Source: an uncultured bacterium
Lineage (GTDB): Bacteria > Desulfobacterota_D > UBA1144 > Nemesobacterales > UBA2774
Direction of reading: 5' to 3'
NCBI GenBank assembly: GCA_963825135.1
Contig: CAWGRW010000009.1
Location: 1,312,001-1,376,000, forward strand
DNA length: 64,000 nt
Below the pieces are notes generated by a model. It was not told the DNA's origin, did no database searches, and was given only the letters and a program-made list of their open reading frames with translations. Shown here one piece after another: positions 40,714 to 52,046 of the stretch (the stretch's first letter is position 1; each line of letters opens with the position of its first letter). A program made the position numbers and the translations under genes.

Positions 40714-41499
40714 TTATTTTTTTTCGTTTTCCACTTTGTTCACTTTGCTTCCGCTCGTTTTCGTCAGCTCCGCATCGTAGAAATCCTTCGTTTCCGGCAG
40801 AGATATATCGAGGTCTCTCGAGTAATCGATCTCTATTTTCACGTCGCTTATCCTGCAGTCGAGCACGTGTCCCCCGGCTTCCTTATCTTCTGTAATAAAA
40901 TGGAGGTGGAATCCGGCCGCGTTGACGTCTTTAAGGTACTCGGGGAACAGGAAACCCGCCATGGTCCCCCTTACGTCGTTGAGCTCGAAATACGATTGGT
41001 GCTTGACCGCTTCCGAAAGCGGCGGGAACGGCCTCTTCTGTCTCGGGACGCTTCTCGTTTGTACATTATCGAACCTGCCTTCTATCTTGACGGCGTAGAA
41101 TATGTTTTTTGACGGTAAAAGGGTTTCGATATAGCTTTCGAGCTCTTTACAGCTCATCGGCTTCGCGAGCGCGACGCTCTTGTCGGCCTCGAAAAACGTG
41201 ACCGCAGCGAACGGGGTCCCGGCCGAGTCGGGAACCACGAAAACCTTCCCGTCCGATCTGACCTGATAGAAAACCCCGTCGAGCCCTATCATCTCGCCGT
41301 CGAGGTCGTTGAGAGTGCCCAGTCCGAAGTCCCCGTGCTTTTTCAGTTCGCCGAAAGTGAAGTCCCCGTCGTAAACCCCCTCAATAAGCGCGTCGATTGT
41401 CGAGGTCTGGAAAATCGTATCGCTATCGTCGCGTGCGCGCGCGAGCGAAGCGCATACGAGGACCGCAGTTATCGCGACCACAAGTCTCCTAAGGGTCAT
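40714..41499 (-). CDS. budA: Alpha-acetolactate decarboxylase with signal peptide
   Basis: QTSTIDAL.EGVYDG, HGDFGLGT..LDGEM, TRSVPRQ, GFHLHFIT...GGHVLD. Confidence 0.95.
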   Translation of the reverse strand: MTLRRLVVAITAVLVCASLARARDDSDTIFQTSTIDALIEGVYDGDFTFGELKKHGDFGLGTLNDLDGEMIGLDGVFYQVRSDGKVFVVPDSAGTPFAAVTFFEADKSVALAKPMSCKELESYIETLLPSKNIFYAVKIEGRFDNVQTRSVPRQKRPFPPLSEAVKHQSYFELNDVRGTMAGFLFPEYLKDVNAAGFHLHFITEDKEAGGHVLDCRISDVKIEIDYSRDLDISLPETKDFYDAELTKTSGSKVNKVENEKK

Positions 41500-42055
41500 T
41501 CTGATCTCCCTGTTTTTCGGATTGTCTCTCCAGCAGCTTCACGTATTCTCGTTCCGTAATAATATCCCTGTTCGATTCGAGCCGGTCCGTGAACAGGACA
41601 CCGTTTAAGTGGTCATACTCGTGCTGGAATATCCTGGCGATAAAATCAGAGAGCTCCGCCTCTTCTTTTTTCCCGTCCCTCGAAATATACTTCACTCGTA
41701 TTACCTTATGGCGCGGCACGAGCCCCCTTAAGCCCGGAATACTGAGACACCCCTCCCAGCCCTTTACGGTCTCACCTGAGTATGAAATTATTTCGGGGTT
41801 GATTACCGCTGTCGGCTCCATTTCGGGCGCGTTCGGATACCGCATGTTCGGGCTGGAAGACATTATGAATATGCGTTTTGGAATATTCACCTGAGGGGCG
41901 GCGATACCGACGCCGTTCGCGTTGATCCCCGTCGCGATAAGGTCGTCTATAAATTCCTGCACTGCGGGGTCGTGTACGTCCTCGACCTCGGACGCCCTCT
42001 CCCTGAGCACGGGATTCCCCATCTCCGCGATTTCCAGAATTCTTGTCGGGTGCAT
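41489..42055 (-). CDS. def: Peptide deformylase
   Basis: GVGIAAPQV, EGCLS, QHEYDHL. Confidence 0.97.
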   Translation of the reverse strand: MHPTRILEIAEMGNPVLRERASEVEDVHDPAVQEFIDDLIATGINANGVGIAAPQVNIPKRIFIMSSSPNMRYPNAPEMEPTAVINPEIISYSGETVKGWEGCLSIPGLRGLVPRHKVIRVKYISRDGKKEEAELSDFIARIFQHEYDHLNGVLFTDRLESNRDIITEREYVKLLERQSEKQGDQNDP

Positions 42056-42172
42056 TTTATCGTGAATGAATTACTTCTTCCTTATAACGACTAATTTTAC
42101 CAAATAATACCGGCAAATTATAATAAGAGTCCGGGGGGTCGTCCTCGGGGGTAAGTACCGCAGGGTCATTTT

Positions 42173-43672
42173 ATGAATCGGATAGAGCTGATAGATAGAC
42201 TGAATTCCTTCCGGGATCGCATCGCGGTAACTGATTACAGAGGGTCTTACACCTACGAAGACCTGCTTGTATCCTCCGCCCGGGCCGCGTCGAACCTTCT
42301 CGCGGGAGACGAAGATTTAAGAGAAAAGCGAGTAGCATATCTCATACCGTCCGGCTTCGACTATGTAGCGGTAATGCTCGGAGTATGGCGGGCGGGGGGC
42401 ATTGCCGTGCCCCTGTGCGTCTCCCATCCCGACCCCGAGCTCGAATACGTCCTCGGGGACTCCGGCGCCGGGGTCCTGATCGCGTCCCCCGAGTTCGAAG
42501 ACAGGCTGAGGAGGCTCGCCGGTCGGATAAACGCGAGGTTCTTAGGGACAGCCGAGGCGCTATCTCCTCGTGATCTGTCTTTGCCGCGGGTCGGCGAGGA
42601 CAGGAGGGCGATGATAATTTATACGAGCGGGACCACGAACAGGCCGAAGGGCGTCGTCACGACGCACGGGAACATCAAGGCCCAGATCGGGTCTCTCGCG
42701 GAGGCCTGGGAGTGGTCTCAGGATGATTTCATCCTCAACGTGCTTCCCCTCCATCACCTCCACGGCATCCTGAACGCGCTCCTCTGCGCGCTCTCGGCAG
42801 GTGCGCACTGCGAGATGATGCGCGGATTCGATTCCCGGCAGGTATGGGAGAAATTTATGGAGAACGAATACACTCTGTTCATGGCCGTCCCGACGATCTA
42901 TACGAGGCTAATCCGCTCATGGGACGAGGCGGGGGATGAGGCGAGGAAAAGGATGAGCGCTGCCTGCCGGAGGATGCGTTTGATGGTTTCAGGCTCTGCG
43001 GCTTTACCCGTGAGCACGCTTGAGAGATGGCTCGGGATAAGCGGGCGCGTTCTTCTCGAAAGGTACGGGATGACCGAGATCGGCATGGCTCTTTCGAACC
43101 CCCTCCGTGGAGAAAGACAGCCGGGGCGCGTGGGCGGACCCCTGCCCGGGGTGGAGGTCGAGCTGATCGACGAGGATGGGCGCATCGCTGCGGGCGAGGG
43201 CCAGGGCGAGATTATAGTGCGGGGCCGCAACGTCTTCCTCGAATATTGGAATAATCCGGAGGCCACGCGCGAAGCCTTTATAGAAGGGCGGTGGTTTAAG
43301 ACCGGCGACCTCGCCGAGAAGAGCGTGGACGGTACGTACAGGATACTCGGCAGGAATTCGGTCGATATCATAAAGACAGGCGGGTACAAGATTTCGGCGC
43401 TCGAAATAGAGGAGGTCCTGAGAGGTCACCCTTATATAGAAGAGTGCGCTGTCGTCGGGCTCCCGGACGATGAGTGGGGCGAGAGGGTCTGCGCCGCCCT
43501 CGTCCTCACGGACGGGCACGACGTGAGTCCCGAGTCCCTCAGGGAATGGTGCAGGGAGAGGCTGGCGCCATACAAAATCCCTTCGAGGATTTTAGTGGTC
43601 AAAGAGCTTCCCCGTAACCAGATGGGCAAGGTTACAAAGCCCGAAGTCATTGAATTATTCAAATCTGTTTAG
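42173..43672 (+). CDS. Acyl-CoA synthetase, malonyl-CoA synthetase (MatB/ACSF3)-like
   Basis: YTSGTTNRPKG, LPLHHLHG, SGSAAL, ERYGMTE, PRNQMGKV. Confidence 0.88.
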   Translation: MNRIELIDRLNSFRDRIAVTDYRGSYTYEDLLVSSARAASNLLAGDEDLREKRVAYLIPSGFDYVAVMLGVWRAGGIAVPLCVSHPDPELEYVLGDSGAGVLIASPEFEDRLRRLAGRINARFLGTAEALSPRDLSLPRVGEDRRAMIIYTSGTTNRPKGVVTTHGNIKAQIGSLAEAWEWSQDDFILNVLPLHHLHGILNALLCALSAGAHCEMMRGFDSRQVWEKFMENEYTLFMAVPTIYTRLIRSWDEAGDEARKRMSAACRRMRLMVSGSAALPVSTLERWLGISGRVLLERYGMTEIGMALSNPLRGERQPGRVGGPLPGVEVELIDEDGRIAAGEGQGEIIVRGRNVFLEYWNNPEATREAFIEGRWFKTGDLAEKSVDGTYRILGRNSVDIIKTGGYKISALEIEEVLRGHPYIEECAVVGLPDDEWGERVCAALVLTDGHDVSPESLREWCRERLAPYKIPSRILVVKELPRNQMGKVTKPEVIELFKSV

Positions 43673-43796
43673 ACCGTGCGCCGGCAACGATCCGACCGGC
43701 CTGAGAAATGAAGTTATATTAAAATGAGATCCGGATATGTATAATATTCGTATGGTGTTAAAGGGCACGAAGAGGGTGTAACAGGGGGCTCAAATA

Positions 43797-44513
43797 ATGA
43801 AAATTAAACTTTTATCCTCTATAGTTTTGGCGTTAATCGTGATTTCATTTCCCTTTTGGACTGAGGGGCAGAATTTAGGCTCGAAAAGCGGAAATCTCGG
43901 TCAAAAAGTGGGGCGGTCGAAACAGGTTACGAATAACAAAAACCAACCCAATAATATTGCCGGAAAAAACGTTGACCGTAACCCCGGTCAGGAGCAGGGG
44001 TTCAATAACAATTTCAACAAAAACCATAATAACGGGCATGATTTTTCTGACAATATGGACCATCCGCACGACGGTCATGATAAATGGCATGGCGATAATC
44101 AGCACCACAAACGCCCTCATAAATTTAATCCCCTCTATGCCCCGTACTACTATTTTGGGTACAACGGCTATGCGCCTTACACGAACTATTATGCTTATGC
44201 GGACCCTGACTATCCGCTCGGTTACGGAACTACGCTCGGCACCACTCTCGAAAGGCCGAGCAACCTGGAAGTAAATCAGTTCGGTCAGGACTCACCTGCT
44301 CCCGCGGAATACCAGCAGGATAATTCGGATGCCGGGTATGTGAATACTGATTCTCCCGAGAAGGACGTTGTCGATTACTACAACCCTCCGCCTGCGGAAG
44401 AGCAAACCATTTATGTATGGGTCGACGAGAGCGGGGTCAGGAATTATGTGAATGACCTCGACTTCGTACCTGTGAGATACAGGGACGTAGTCACGACCTT
44501 TGGGGCCGAATAA
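43797..44513 (+). CDS. Secreted low-complexity protein with C-terminal DUF4124-like motif
   Basis: Signal peptide; Asn/Gln-, His- and Tyr-rich segments; IYVWVDESGVRNYVND...VP.RYR. Confidence 0.75.
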   Translation: MKIKLLSSIVLALIVISFPFWTEGQNLGSKSGNLGQKVGRSKQVTNNKNQPNNIAGKNVDRNPGQEQGFNNNFNKNHNNGHDFSDNMDHPHDGHDKWHGDNQHHKRPHKFNPLYAPYYYFGYNGYAPYTNYYAYADPDYPLGYGTTLGTTLERPSNLEVNQFGQDSPAPAEYQQDNSDAGYVNTDSPEKDVVDYYNPPPAEEQTIYVWVDESGVRNYVNDLDFVPVRYRDVVTTFGAE

Positions 44514-44718
44514 CTGCCGCTCGGCGATAAACCCGAAATTCTCGAGTTTTTCTCCTTCCCGATAATTTATTTCTGTAATCCTTCGGAAAAATAATAATTC
44601 TAATTGACTGGTCCCGTTGACGCGCCCCGGGCTCGAATCGTCCGTTCGCGGAGGGACCTCCCGAATATTTACCCCCCGCATTATTGACAATCCCATCCTG
44701 AGTTGTTAAACAATTAGT

Positions 44719-45810
44719 GTGAAATTGAAGAGAACGGCGATGTTCCCCATCCACCGGCAGCTGGGAGCGAGGATAGTCGAGTTTGCCGGATGGGAGATGC
44801 CCGTTCAATACGAGGGCCTCAGGGAAGAGCATCTCGCTGTGAGACGAAGCGCGGGGCTTTTCGATGTGAGCCATATGGGCGAGATAGAGATTAGGGGAAA
44901 GGAAGCCGAGCTCTTCTGCCAGCGGATAACCACAAACGACGTCTCCGGCGTTAAGGATTTGCAGGCTCAGTACACGTTATTCTGCAACCATACCGGCGGG
45001 GTAGTGGACGACGTGATTTTATACAAGCTCTCTGACGAGCATTATATATTCTGCGTAAATGCATCGAATACGGCCAAAGACTACGACTGGATAATCGGGG
45101 CCAATGACAATTATGACGTGGAGATCGAGGACAGGAGCCCCGAATTCTCCCAGATCGCGTTACAGGGTCCGCGCTCGGAGGATATTTTATCGAGATGCCT
45201 GTCCGCAGGCCTCGGTTCGTTGAGGAGGTTTCATTTTCTTCCTTATTCGTGGCATGGTATGGAGCTGATAATTGCGAGGACAGGGTATACAGGGGAGGAC
45301 GGGTTCGAGATATTTTCACCCTGGGAGGGGGGCGTCGAGCTCTGGAACGGCATAACGGAGGCCGGTGGGCCCGACGTCAAGCCCTGCGGGCTTGGGGCTC
45401 GCGACACGCTCAGGATCGATATGGGTTACTCTCTTTACGGGCACGAGATAAATGACGAGGTCAACCCCTTCGAGGCCGGTCTCGGAAGGTACGTGAAGAT
45501 GGACTCGGGCGAATTTATCGGCAAAGAGGCGCTTGACCGGGCGCTCGCGGAGGGGATTAAGCGCCGGATATACGGGTTTGAAATGATTGACCGGGGAATA
45601 CCGAGAGAGGGGTACGGGGTGTTTAAAGACAACGTACGGATAGGTACGGTTACAAGCGGCACTTTGTCCCCGAGCCTTGAAAAATCTATAGGGATGGGTT
45701 ATCTAACAAGTGATGTCGAAATCGGCGACACAATAACAATCGAGATTAGGGCTACTTACAGGGAGGCGAGGGCGGTTAAAATTCCCTTCTACAAAAAGGA
45801 TGCTAATTAA
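44719..45810 (+). CDS. gcvT: Glycine cleavage T protein
   Basis: FAGWEMPVQY, FDVSHMGE, RTGYTGEDGFEI, GLGARDTLR. Confidence 0.98.
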   Translation: MKLKRTAMFPIHRQLGARIVEFAGWEMPVQYEGLREEHLAVRRSAGLFDVSHMGEIEIRGKEAELFCQRITTNDVSGVKDLQAQYTLFCNHTGGVVDDVILYKLSDEHYIFCVNASNTAKDYDWIIGANDNYDVEIEDRSPEFSQIALQGPRSEDILSRCLSAGLGSLRRFHFLPYSWHGMELIIARTGYTGEDGFEIFSPWEGGVELWNGITEAGGPDVKPCGLGARDTLRIDMGYSLYGHEINDEVNPFEAGLGRYVKMDSGEFIGKEALDRALAEGIKRRIYGFEMIDRGIPREGYGVFKDNVRIGTVTSGTLSPSLEKSIGMGYLTSDVEIGDTITIEIRATYREARAVKIPFYKKDAN

Positions 45811-45822
45811 GGAGATCTGACG

Positions 45823-46218
45823 ATGGTGCAAATACCGGATGAGCTTAAATATACCACTGACCACGAGTGGGCGATGGAAGAAGGAGATTTGCTCGTGATC
45901 GGTATTACGGATTACGCGCAGGACGCTCTCGGCGAGATCGTCTATATCGAGCTTCCCAGCGAGGGAGACGAAATAACCAAGGGCGACCCGTTCGGCGCCG
46001 TGGAATCGACCAAGGCCGTGTCCGATCTCTATGCCCCGGTGAGCGGCGACGTGGTGGAAGTGAACGAGGTGCTTCTCGACTCTCCCGAAATTATTAACGG
46101 AGACCCTTACGGAGAGGGGTGGATGATCAAGGTGAGGCCTTACGATCCGAACGAGCTAAAGGATTTGATGAATTTCGAGGATTATGCGGAATATGTAGAG
46201 AAGGAAATGGAAGAATAG
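45823..46218 (+). CDS. gcvH: Glycine cleavage H protein
   Basis: HEW, GITDYAQ, VESTKAVS lipoyl site, DPYGEGW. Confidence 0.98.
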   Translation: MVQIPDELKYTTDHEWAMEEGDLLVIGITDYAQDALGEIVYIELPSEGDEITKGDPFGAVESTKAVSDLYAPVSGDVVEVNEVLLDSPEIINGDPYGEGWMIKVRPYDPNELKDLMNFEDYAEYVEKEMEE

Positions 46219-46333
46219 AATTGAAAGACAGGTTCCTGCCGTACTTTGCTTTCGGGCATCCGGCTCGAATCCGTACATTCGGACAATTTCCCTGCGTTAA
46301 TTAATATAAATTCTGGTTTATTTCGCAACGCTT

Positions 46334-49234
46334 ATGAAAACTCCCAAGGACGGATACCGTACATTTGCGGACAGACACATCGGCCCGGACCGGGCGGAGC
46401 TCGGCGAGATGCTCGACGCGGTCGGCGCCGGGTCCCTGGATGAGCTGATAGAAGAGACGGTCCCGTCGTCCATCAGACTGAAAAAACAATTGAACCTCCC
46501 TGAGGGAGTAAGCGAGTTCGCTCTCCTCGAGGATTTAAAAAAGATAGCGGACGGGAACAAGGTCTATAAGTCGTACATCGGACTCGGTTATTACGACTGC
46601 GTCACGCCCGGGGTGATACAGAGGAATGTACTCGAGAGCCCCGGCTGGTATACGCAGTACACGCCTTACCAGGCCGAGATTTCACAGGGACGCCTTGAAG
46701 CCCTCCTTAATTTCCAGACCATGATCGTGGACCTCACGGGCATGGACATCGCGAACGCCTCTCTGCTCGACGAGGGGACGGCCGCTGCGGAGGCCATGAC
46801 CATGCTCCACCGCGTCGCCGATAAGAAATCGGACGCCGCCTCGAACGTTTTCTTCGTTTCCGATAAATGTTTTCCCCAGACCATCGATGTCCTCAGGTCC
46901 CGCGCCGCGCCCCTCGGGATCAGCCTCGTTGTCGGAGACCACAACGAGTTCGAATTCGGCGGCGGGGTGTTCGGCGCGCTCGTTCAGTATCCCGATTCGG
47001 ACGGCGGGGTTTGCGACTATTCGGATTTTATACGCGTGGCCCATGAACGGGGCGCGCTCGTGGCCGTGGCCGCGGACCTCCTCGGGCTCTCTCTCCTTAA
47101 ACCGCCCGGCGAGTTCGGGGCCGATGCGGTGGTCGGCTCGGCGCAGAGATTCGGCGTACCTCTCGGGTTCGGCGGACCCCACGCGGCCTATTTCACGACG
47201 CGCGAGGAATACGCGCGTCAGATGCCGGGCAGGATTATAGGGGTTTCGATCGACTCTCACGGAAACCCCGCCTACAGAATGGCCCTTCAGACGAGGGAGC
47301 AGCACATAAGAAGGGAGAAAGCGACCTCGAACATCTGCACCGCGCAGGCGCTCCTCGCCATCATGGCCTCGATGTACGCCGTTTATCACGGACCGCGGGG
47401 ACTCCTCGCGATTGCCCGGAAAATCCACGACTCCGCGCGCGTTCTCGAACGCGAGCTCCGCAGGCTGGGCCTGAGCCAGAAGAACAGTCATTACTTCGAT
47501 ACATTGAAAATCGACCTCGGACAGGGTTCGGGGGATCTATTAAACAGGATAAGAGCGGCCGCCGAAAAGTCCCGCATAAATTTCAACTACATCGGCGGCG
47601 GTCATATAGGCATATCGCTCGACGAGACGACCGGGCGTGACGACCTCCTGAATATCGTCAGGGTCTTTTCGGGAGCGCTCGGCGCCGAGTCGGGCGCGGA
47701 CGGTATAAACATCGATCCCGGCGGGCCGGATTCGGCTCTCCCGCCCGGGCTCGCGCGCGATAGCGCTTTCCTGACGCATCCCGTGTTCAACCGCTATCAT
47801 TCGGAAACGCAGATGCTCAGGTATATAAAGAAACTCGAGCGCAAGGACCTTTCGCTCACCACGTCCATGATACCGCTCGGGTCCTGCACGATGAAGCTCA
47901 ATGCGACTTCGGAAATGATCCCTGTGACATGGCCCGGGTTCTCGAAGCTGCATCCCTTCGCGCCCGCGGATCAGACCCGCGGGTACTTGCGCATATTCAA
48001 AGAGCTCGAGGGCTTTTTATCCGTGATCACGGGGTTCCCCGCGGTTTCTCTCCAGCCCAATTCAGGGGCCCAGGGCGAGTATACGGGGCTGATGGTCATA
48101 AGGGCTTATTACAGGGACAGGGGCGAGAACGGGAGAAACGTCGCCCTCATCCCTTCCTCCGCGCACGGCACTAACCCCGCGAGCGCCGCTCTGGCCGGCA
48201 TGAGGGTGGTAGTCGTCGATTGCGACGACAGGGGGAACATCGACTTGGGCTCGCTCAGGAAAAAAGCGGAAGAACACAGGGACGAGCTCGCCGCTCTCAT
48301 GGTTACATACCCGTCGACGCACGGCGTCTTCGAGGAGAAAATTAAAGAGATATGCTCGATCGTCCACAAAAACGGCGGGCAGGTGTATATGGACGGGGCC
48401 AACATGAACGCTCAGGCGGGCTTGACGAACCCCTCGATGATAGGCGCCGATATCTGCCACATCAATCTGCACAAGACGTTCAGCATCCCTCACGGCGGCG
48501 GAGGCCCCGGAATGGGCCCGATATGCGCGCGCAGGCACCTCGCGCCGTACCTCCCCGGCCACCCGGTGGTAAAGACCGGGGGAGAGAAATCCATCCCCGC
48601 GGTGGCGTCCGCCCCCTGGGGCAGCGCCAGCATATTGCTCGTATCCTACGCCTATATCAGGATGCTCGGCAGGGACGGCGTTACGGACGCGACGAAATAC
48701 GCCATACTGAACGCCAACTATATAAAATCGAGACTCGAAAAAATTTATGACGTCCTTTATACGGGCTCACGCGGAAGGGTCGCTCACGAATTCATACTCG
48801 ATTTGAGACGGTTTAAAAGGGACGCGGGCATAGAGGTCGAGGACGTCGCGAAGAGGCTCATGGATTACGGCTTCCACGCCCCCACGGTCTCCTGGCCCGT
48901 CGCCGGGACCATGATGATAGAGCCCACCGAGAGCGAAGCGAAAGACGAGCTCGACCGGTTCTGCGACGCGCTGATCGCTATCGGCGAAGAGGTCAGGAAT
49001 ATCTCGGAAGGGACCGCCGACCGCGAGGACAACGTGCTCAAGAACGCCCCTCACACGGCAGGTGAAGCGGCGGGCGACAACTGGAGCCATCCCTATACCA
49101 GGAAAGAGGCCGTGTTCCCGCTTCCCTTCGTCGGGGAGAATAAGTTCTGGCCCCCCGTGGGCAGGATCAATAATCCCTACGGAGACAGGAACCTCGTCTG
49201 CACATGTCCGGGTGTTGAGGATTATCAAGAATAG
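46334..49234 (+). CDS. gcvP: Glycine dehydrogenase (single-chain P protein)
   Basis: [50 protein letters not shown]. Confidence 0.98.
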   Translation: MKTPKDGYRTFADRHIGPDRAELGEMLDAVGAGSLDELIEETVPSSIRLKKQLNLPEGVSEFALLEDLKKIADGNKVYKSYIGLGYYDCVTPGVIQRNVLESPGWYTQYTPYQAEISQGRLEALLNFQTMIVDLTGMDIANASLLDEGTAAAEAMTMLHRVADKKSDAASNVFFVSDKCFPQTIDVLRSRAAPLGISLVVGDHNEFEFGGGVFGALVQYPDSDGGVCDYSDFIRVAHERGALVAVAADLLGLSLLKPPGEFGADAVVGSAQRFGVPLGFGGPHAAYFTTREEYARQMPGRIIGVSIDSHGNPAYRMALQTREQHIRREKATSNICTAQALLAIMASMYAVYHGPRGLLAIARKIHDSARVLERELRRLGLSQKNSHYFDTLKIDLGQGSGDLLNRIRAAAEKSRINFNYIGGGHIGISLDETTGRDDLLNIVRVFSGALGAESGADGINIDPGGPDSALPPGLARDSAFLTHPVFNRYHSETQMLRYIKKLERKDLSLTTSMIPLGSCTMKLNATSEMIPVTWPGFSKLHPFAPADQTRGYLRIFKELEGFLSVITGFPAVSLQPNSGAQGEYTGLMVIRAYYRDRGENGRNVALIPSSAHGTNPASAALAGMRVVVVDCDDRGNIDLGSLRKKAEEHRDELAALMVTYPSTHGVFEEKIKEICSIVHKNGGQVYMDGANMNAQAGLTNPSMIGADICHINLHKTFSIPHGGGGPGMGPICARRHLAPYLPGHPVVKTGGEKSIPAVASAPWGSASILLVSYAYIRMLGRDGVTDATKYAILNANYIKSRLEKIYDVLYTGSRGRVAHEFILDLRRFKRDAGIEVEDVAKRLMDYGFHAPTVSWPVAGTMMIEPTESEAKDELDRFCDALIAIGEEVRNISEGTADREDNVLKNAPHTAGEAAGDNWSHPYTRKEAVFPLPFVGENKFWPPVGRINNPYGDRNLVCTCPGVEDYQE

Positions 49235-49277
49235 CTGCGGCCATCGGGCCCTTACTCTTCCCGGGATTCCCCCATAC

Positions 49278-50165
49278 TCACTTCTTATCGTTGATTACGG
49301 ATTCGACGTTAATGAACGGGATCGTCTCTCCTCCCGTGAACTTCGGGAGCGTGCCGTCCCATTTCTCGGACAGCCTCAGCTGAATTAGTTCCGGGTTGTT
49401 CTTAAGCGCCTTGGCTTCCCGCTCTATCGCGTCCGCCTTGGCTTTCGATCTGGCCTCGATATCGTAAGCCGCGCCGTCCGCAGCGAGTTTTTGTTCCTGG
49501 TATGCGGCTTCGGCCTGGGTGACTCGCTTGGTCTTTTCGTTCTTGGCCTGCAGCGCCTCCTGCTCTGCCTTGACCTTAAGCTCGATCGCCCTGTTGAACT
49601 CGTCCGAGAATTCAAAATCGGTAATTGCGACGTTTGAGATCTTGAGTGCCGTCGGGACGTTCTTATCCTTCAAGGTCACGTCGATGAAGTTGTCTATCGC
49701 CTCCTGTATCTGGAGCTTGACCTCCGCCCGCTTGGTTACCAGCTGCTCCGCGGTGTATTGAGCCGTTATCGCCTTTACGGATTCCTGTATGGCGGGCTCT
49801 ATCACTGTCGCGGCCACCACGTCGCGGTTCCCTATTTTCTGAAAGGTCTCCGGAGCGGCCGGACCCATGATCGAGTACTGCACCGTCACCTGGGTCTCCA
49901 CCGTCTGCAGGTCCTTTGAAGCGGCCGCCGATTTCGACTGCGCCTTCGTCAGCCTGATATCCACCTGCTCGATATTATCCACGAACGGTTTCTTTAAATG
50001 GAACCCCTCGGAAAGCGGGATCGGCTGCACCGCTCCGAGCGTCCTTATGACGCCCACGTGGCCGCTGTCGACGATTACGAACGAGCTCGTGGCCAGAATA
50101 ATTATTACGATGATCAATATCGGGTATATGAAATTTATATTTTGCAGACCCGGTCTTAACGACAT
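49278..50165 (-). CDS. Prohibitin/SPFH family membrane protein
   Basis: N-terminal TM, AASKDLQ, coiled coil AIELKVKAEQEA, KWDGTLP. Confidence 0.92.
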   Translation of the reverse strand: MSLRPGLQNINFIYPILIIVIIILATSSFVIVDSGHVGVIRTLGAVQPIPLSEGFHLKKPFVDNIEQVDIRLTKAQSKSAAASKDLQTVETQVTVQYSIMGPAAPETFQKIGNRDVVAATVIEPAIQESVKAITAQYTAEQLVTKRAEVKLQIQEAIDNFIDVTLKDKNVPTALKISNVAITDFEFSDEFNRAIELKVKAEQEALQAKNEKTKRVTQAEAAYQEQKLAADGAAYDIEARSKAKADAIEREAKALKNNPELIQLRLSEKWDGTLPKFTGGETIPFINVESVINDKK

Positions 50166-50252
50166 GTTGAAGCCTCCCTTTGAATCTTGATCCTGCGCAT
50201 ATTAATATAGCTGGAATTCGGTTAACTCATTCGCGCGGTATTTCCTGAAGGG

Positions 50253-51947
50253 CTACCAGCTCCCGTCCAACACTCTGAGCCTAATGTCTTTTTTGCCGTT
50301 CCACTTGTTGAATTCCGGGGTGAATGCGAGATCGATCCTGCCCGGCAGCTCCGTGTCTCCGCCCGTGTTAAACCAGATCGCGTCGAATGACTTATTCCCT
50401 TGCCTCACTCTGAGGCCCATGTGCTTGTCCTTGAAGAGACGCTGCGAGACAAGCTCGACCGAGCGGGCGATTAACACGGGCTCGGGGTTCCCAATCCCGA
50501 AGGGCTCGAGCAGCCCGAATTCGGTGATGAGCGCGTCCGTGATCTGGTCGAGCTCCACCTCGCAGTCTATATTCAGCCTGGGCTCGTAAGCGTGGCCCGA
50601 GTCCGCGATCGATTTGTCGAACATCGACCTGAACCGCTCTATTTTTTCTTCCCTGATCGACAGCCCCGCCGCCTGCTCGTGTCCCCCGAACTGCTCGAAC
50701 AGCTCGCTGCATTCGGATAAGGCGCTGTATATGTTTACGCCCTCGACGCTCCGTCCCGATCCCTTTCCGAGTCCGTTCTTGTCGATCGCGATGAGGATCG
50801 CGGGCTTTTTGTACCTCTCGACGATCCTCGACGCCACGATCCCTATAATCCCCGGGTGCCACGCGCGTGAGGCGAGCACTATCGAACCTGCCTTTAGAAT
50901 TCCCGGCTCCGATTCGACCTGTCTGACCGCGTCGGCGAAAATTTCTCCTTCTATATTCTGCCTGCTCGAATTTTCCCGGCTGAGCGTTTTAGCGATTTCC
51001 CTCGCGAGCTCCATGTCGTCCGAAATAAACAGCTCGACCGCCTTCCCCGCGCTGCTCATCCTCCCCGATGCGTTTATACGGGGGCCGAGCTTGAAACCGA
51101 GGTCGTAAGAGTTCACGACGCCTGAGATGCTGCTCGCCTCCTTGAGCGCCAGCAGGCCAGTCCTCTTCGGGTTCTCCATCCTCTTTATTCCTTCCTTCAC
51201 GAATATACGGTTGACGTCCGTGAGCGGGGCGCAGTCGGCTACCGTCCCGAGGGCGACGAGATCGAGGTAATCAGCGAGGTTGGGCTCGCTCGTGCCGAAG
51301 AACCCGTCCTCCCGGAGCGCGCGTCTCAACGCGACCGCCAGGTTGAAAATCACGCCCACGCCCGCAATCGATTTCCCCGGATACCTGCAGTCTGAGAGCT
51401 GCGGGTTCAATATGGACACCGCGTCCGGAAGCTCCTGCGGGGGTTTATGGTGGTCGGTGACTATAAAATCCGCCCCGAGCCTCTTGGCTTCCTCCACCTC
51501 TCTTATCGCCGTTATTCCGCAGTCCCCGGATATGATAAGGGTCACTCCTTCACTAACCAGCTTTCTCACGGCCTCTATATTGACCCCGTATCCTTCCTTG
51601 AGCCTGTCCGGGTTATAGAAGACCACGTCCGCGCCTAGGTATTTAAGGAACGTATAGAAGAGTGCGGTCGACGTGACCCCGTCCACGTCGTAATCCCCGT
51701 ATATGGCGATTTTTTCCCTGCTCCCGATAGCGCGCTTAATCCTTTCGACGGCCTTCTCCATCCCTTTCATAAGGAAAGGGGAAGGGAGGTCGAAAAGCGT
51801 GCTGTTGAGGAAAAGGTTTGCCTCCGCTTCGTTCTCTATCCCCCTGTTTATTAGTATTTGAGCAGTAAGGGGCGAGATTTGAAGGTTTTTCGAAATCTTG
51901 TCCCTGAGCTTCGCGTTTTCTTTTCTTATCGTCCAGTGTTTCTTCAT
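50253..51947 (-). CDS. recJ: Single-stranded DNA exonuclease RecJ
   Basis: GDYDVDG, TDHH, GTVAD, PRINASGR, GGHEQAAG, EPFGIGNPEP. Confidence 0.98.
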   Translation of the reverse strand: MKKHWTIRKENAKLRDKISKNLQISPLTAQILINRGIENEAEANLFLNSTLFDLPSPFLMKGMEKAVERIKRAIGSREKIAIYGDYDVDGVTSTALFYTFLKYLGADVVFYNPDRLKEGYGVNIEAVRKLVSEGVTLIISGDCGITAIREVEEAKRLGADFIVTDHHKPPQELPDAVSILNPQLSDCRYPGKSIAGVGVIFNLAVALRRALREDGFFGTSEPNLADYLDLVALGTVADCAPLTDVNRIFVKEGIKRMENPKRTGLLALKEASSISGVVNSYDLGFKLGPRINASGRMSSAGKAVELFISDDMELAREIAKTLSRENSSRQNIEGEIFADAVRQVESEPGILKAGSIVLASRAWHPGIIGIVASRIVERYKKPAILIAIDKNGLGKGSGRSVEGVNIYSALSECSELFEQFGGHEQAAGLSIREEKIERFRSMFDKSIADSGHAYEPRLNIDCEVELDQITDALITEFGLLEPFGIGNPEPVLIARSVELVSQRLFKDKHMGLRVRQGNKSFDAIWFNTGGDTELPGRIDLAFTPEFNKWNGKKDIRLRVLDGSW

Positions 51948-52046
51948 AGAATTGGAAATCGTATAGTCGTGAATAATTCGATTAGGGCTGCGTGGGCGGA
52001 GAGGACGAGGCGCTCATTCTCACGATTGGCCGGCTGTATCGGATAT

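Noticed and set aside
44514..44718. Glycine riboswitch upstream of gcvT
   Set aside because: I recognise no glycine-aptamer motifs, and the promoter sits directly before the start codon, leaving no leader.
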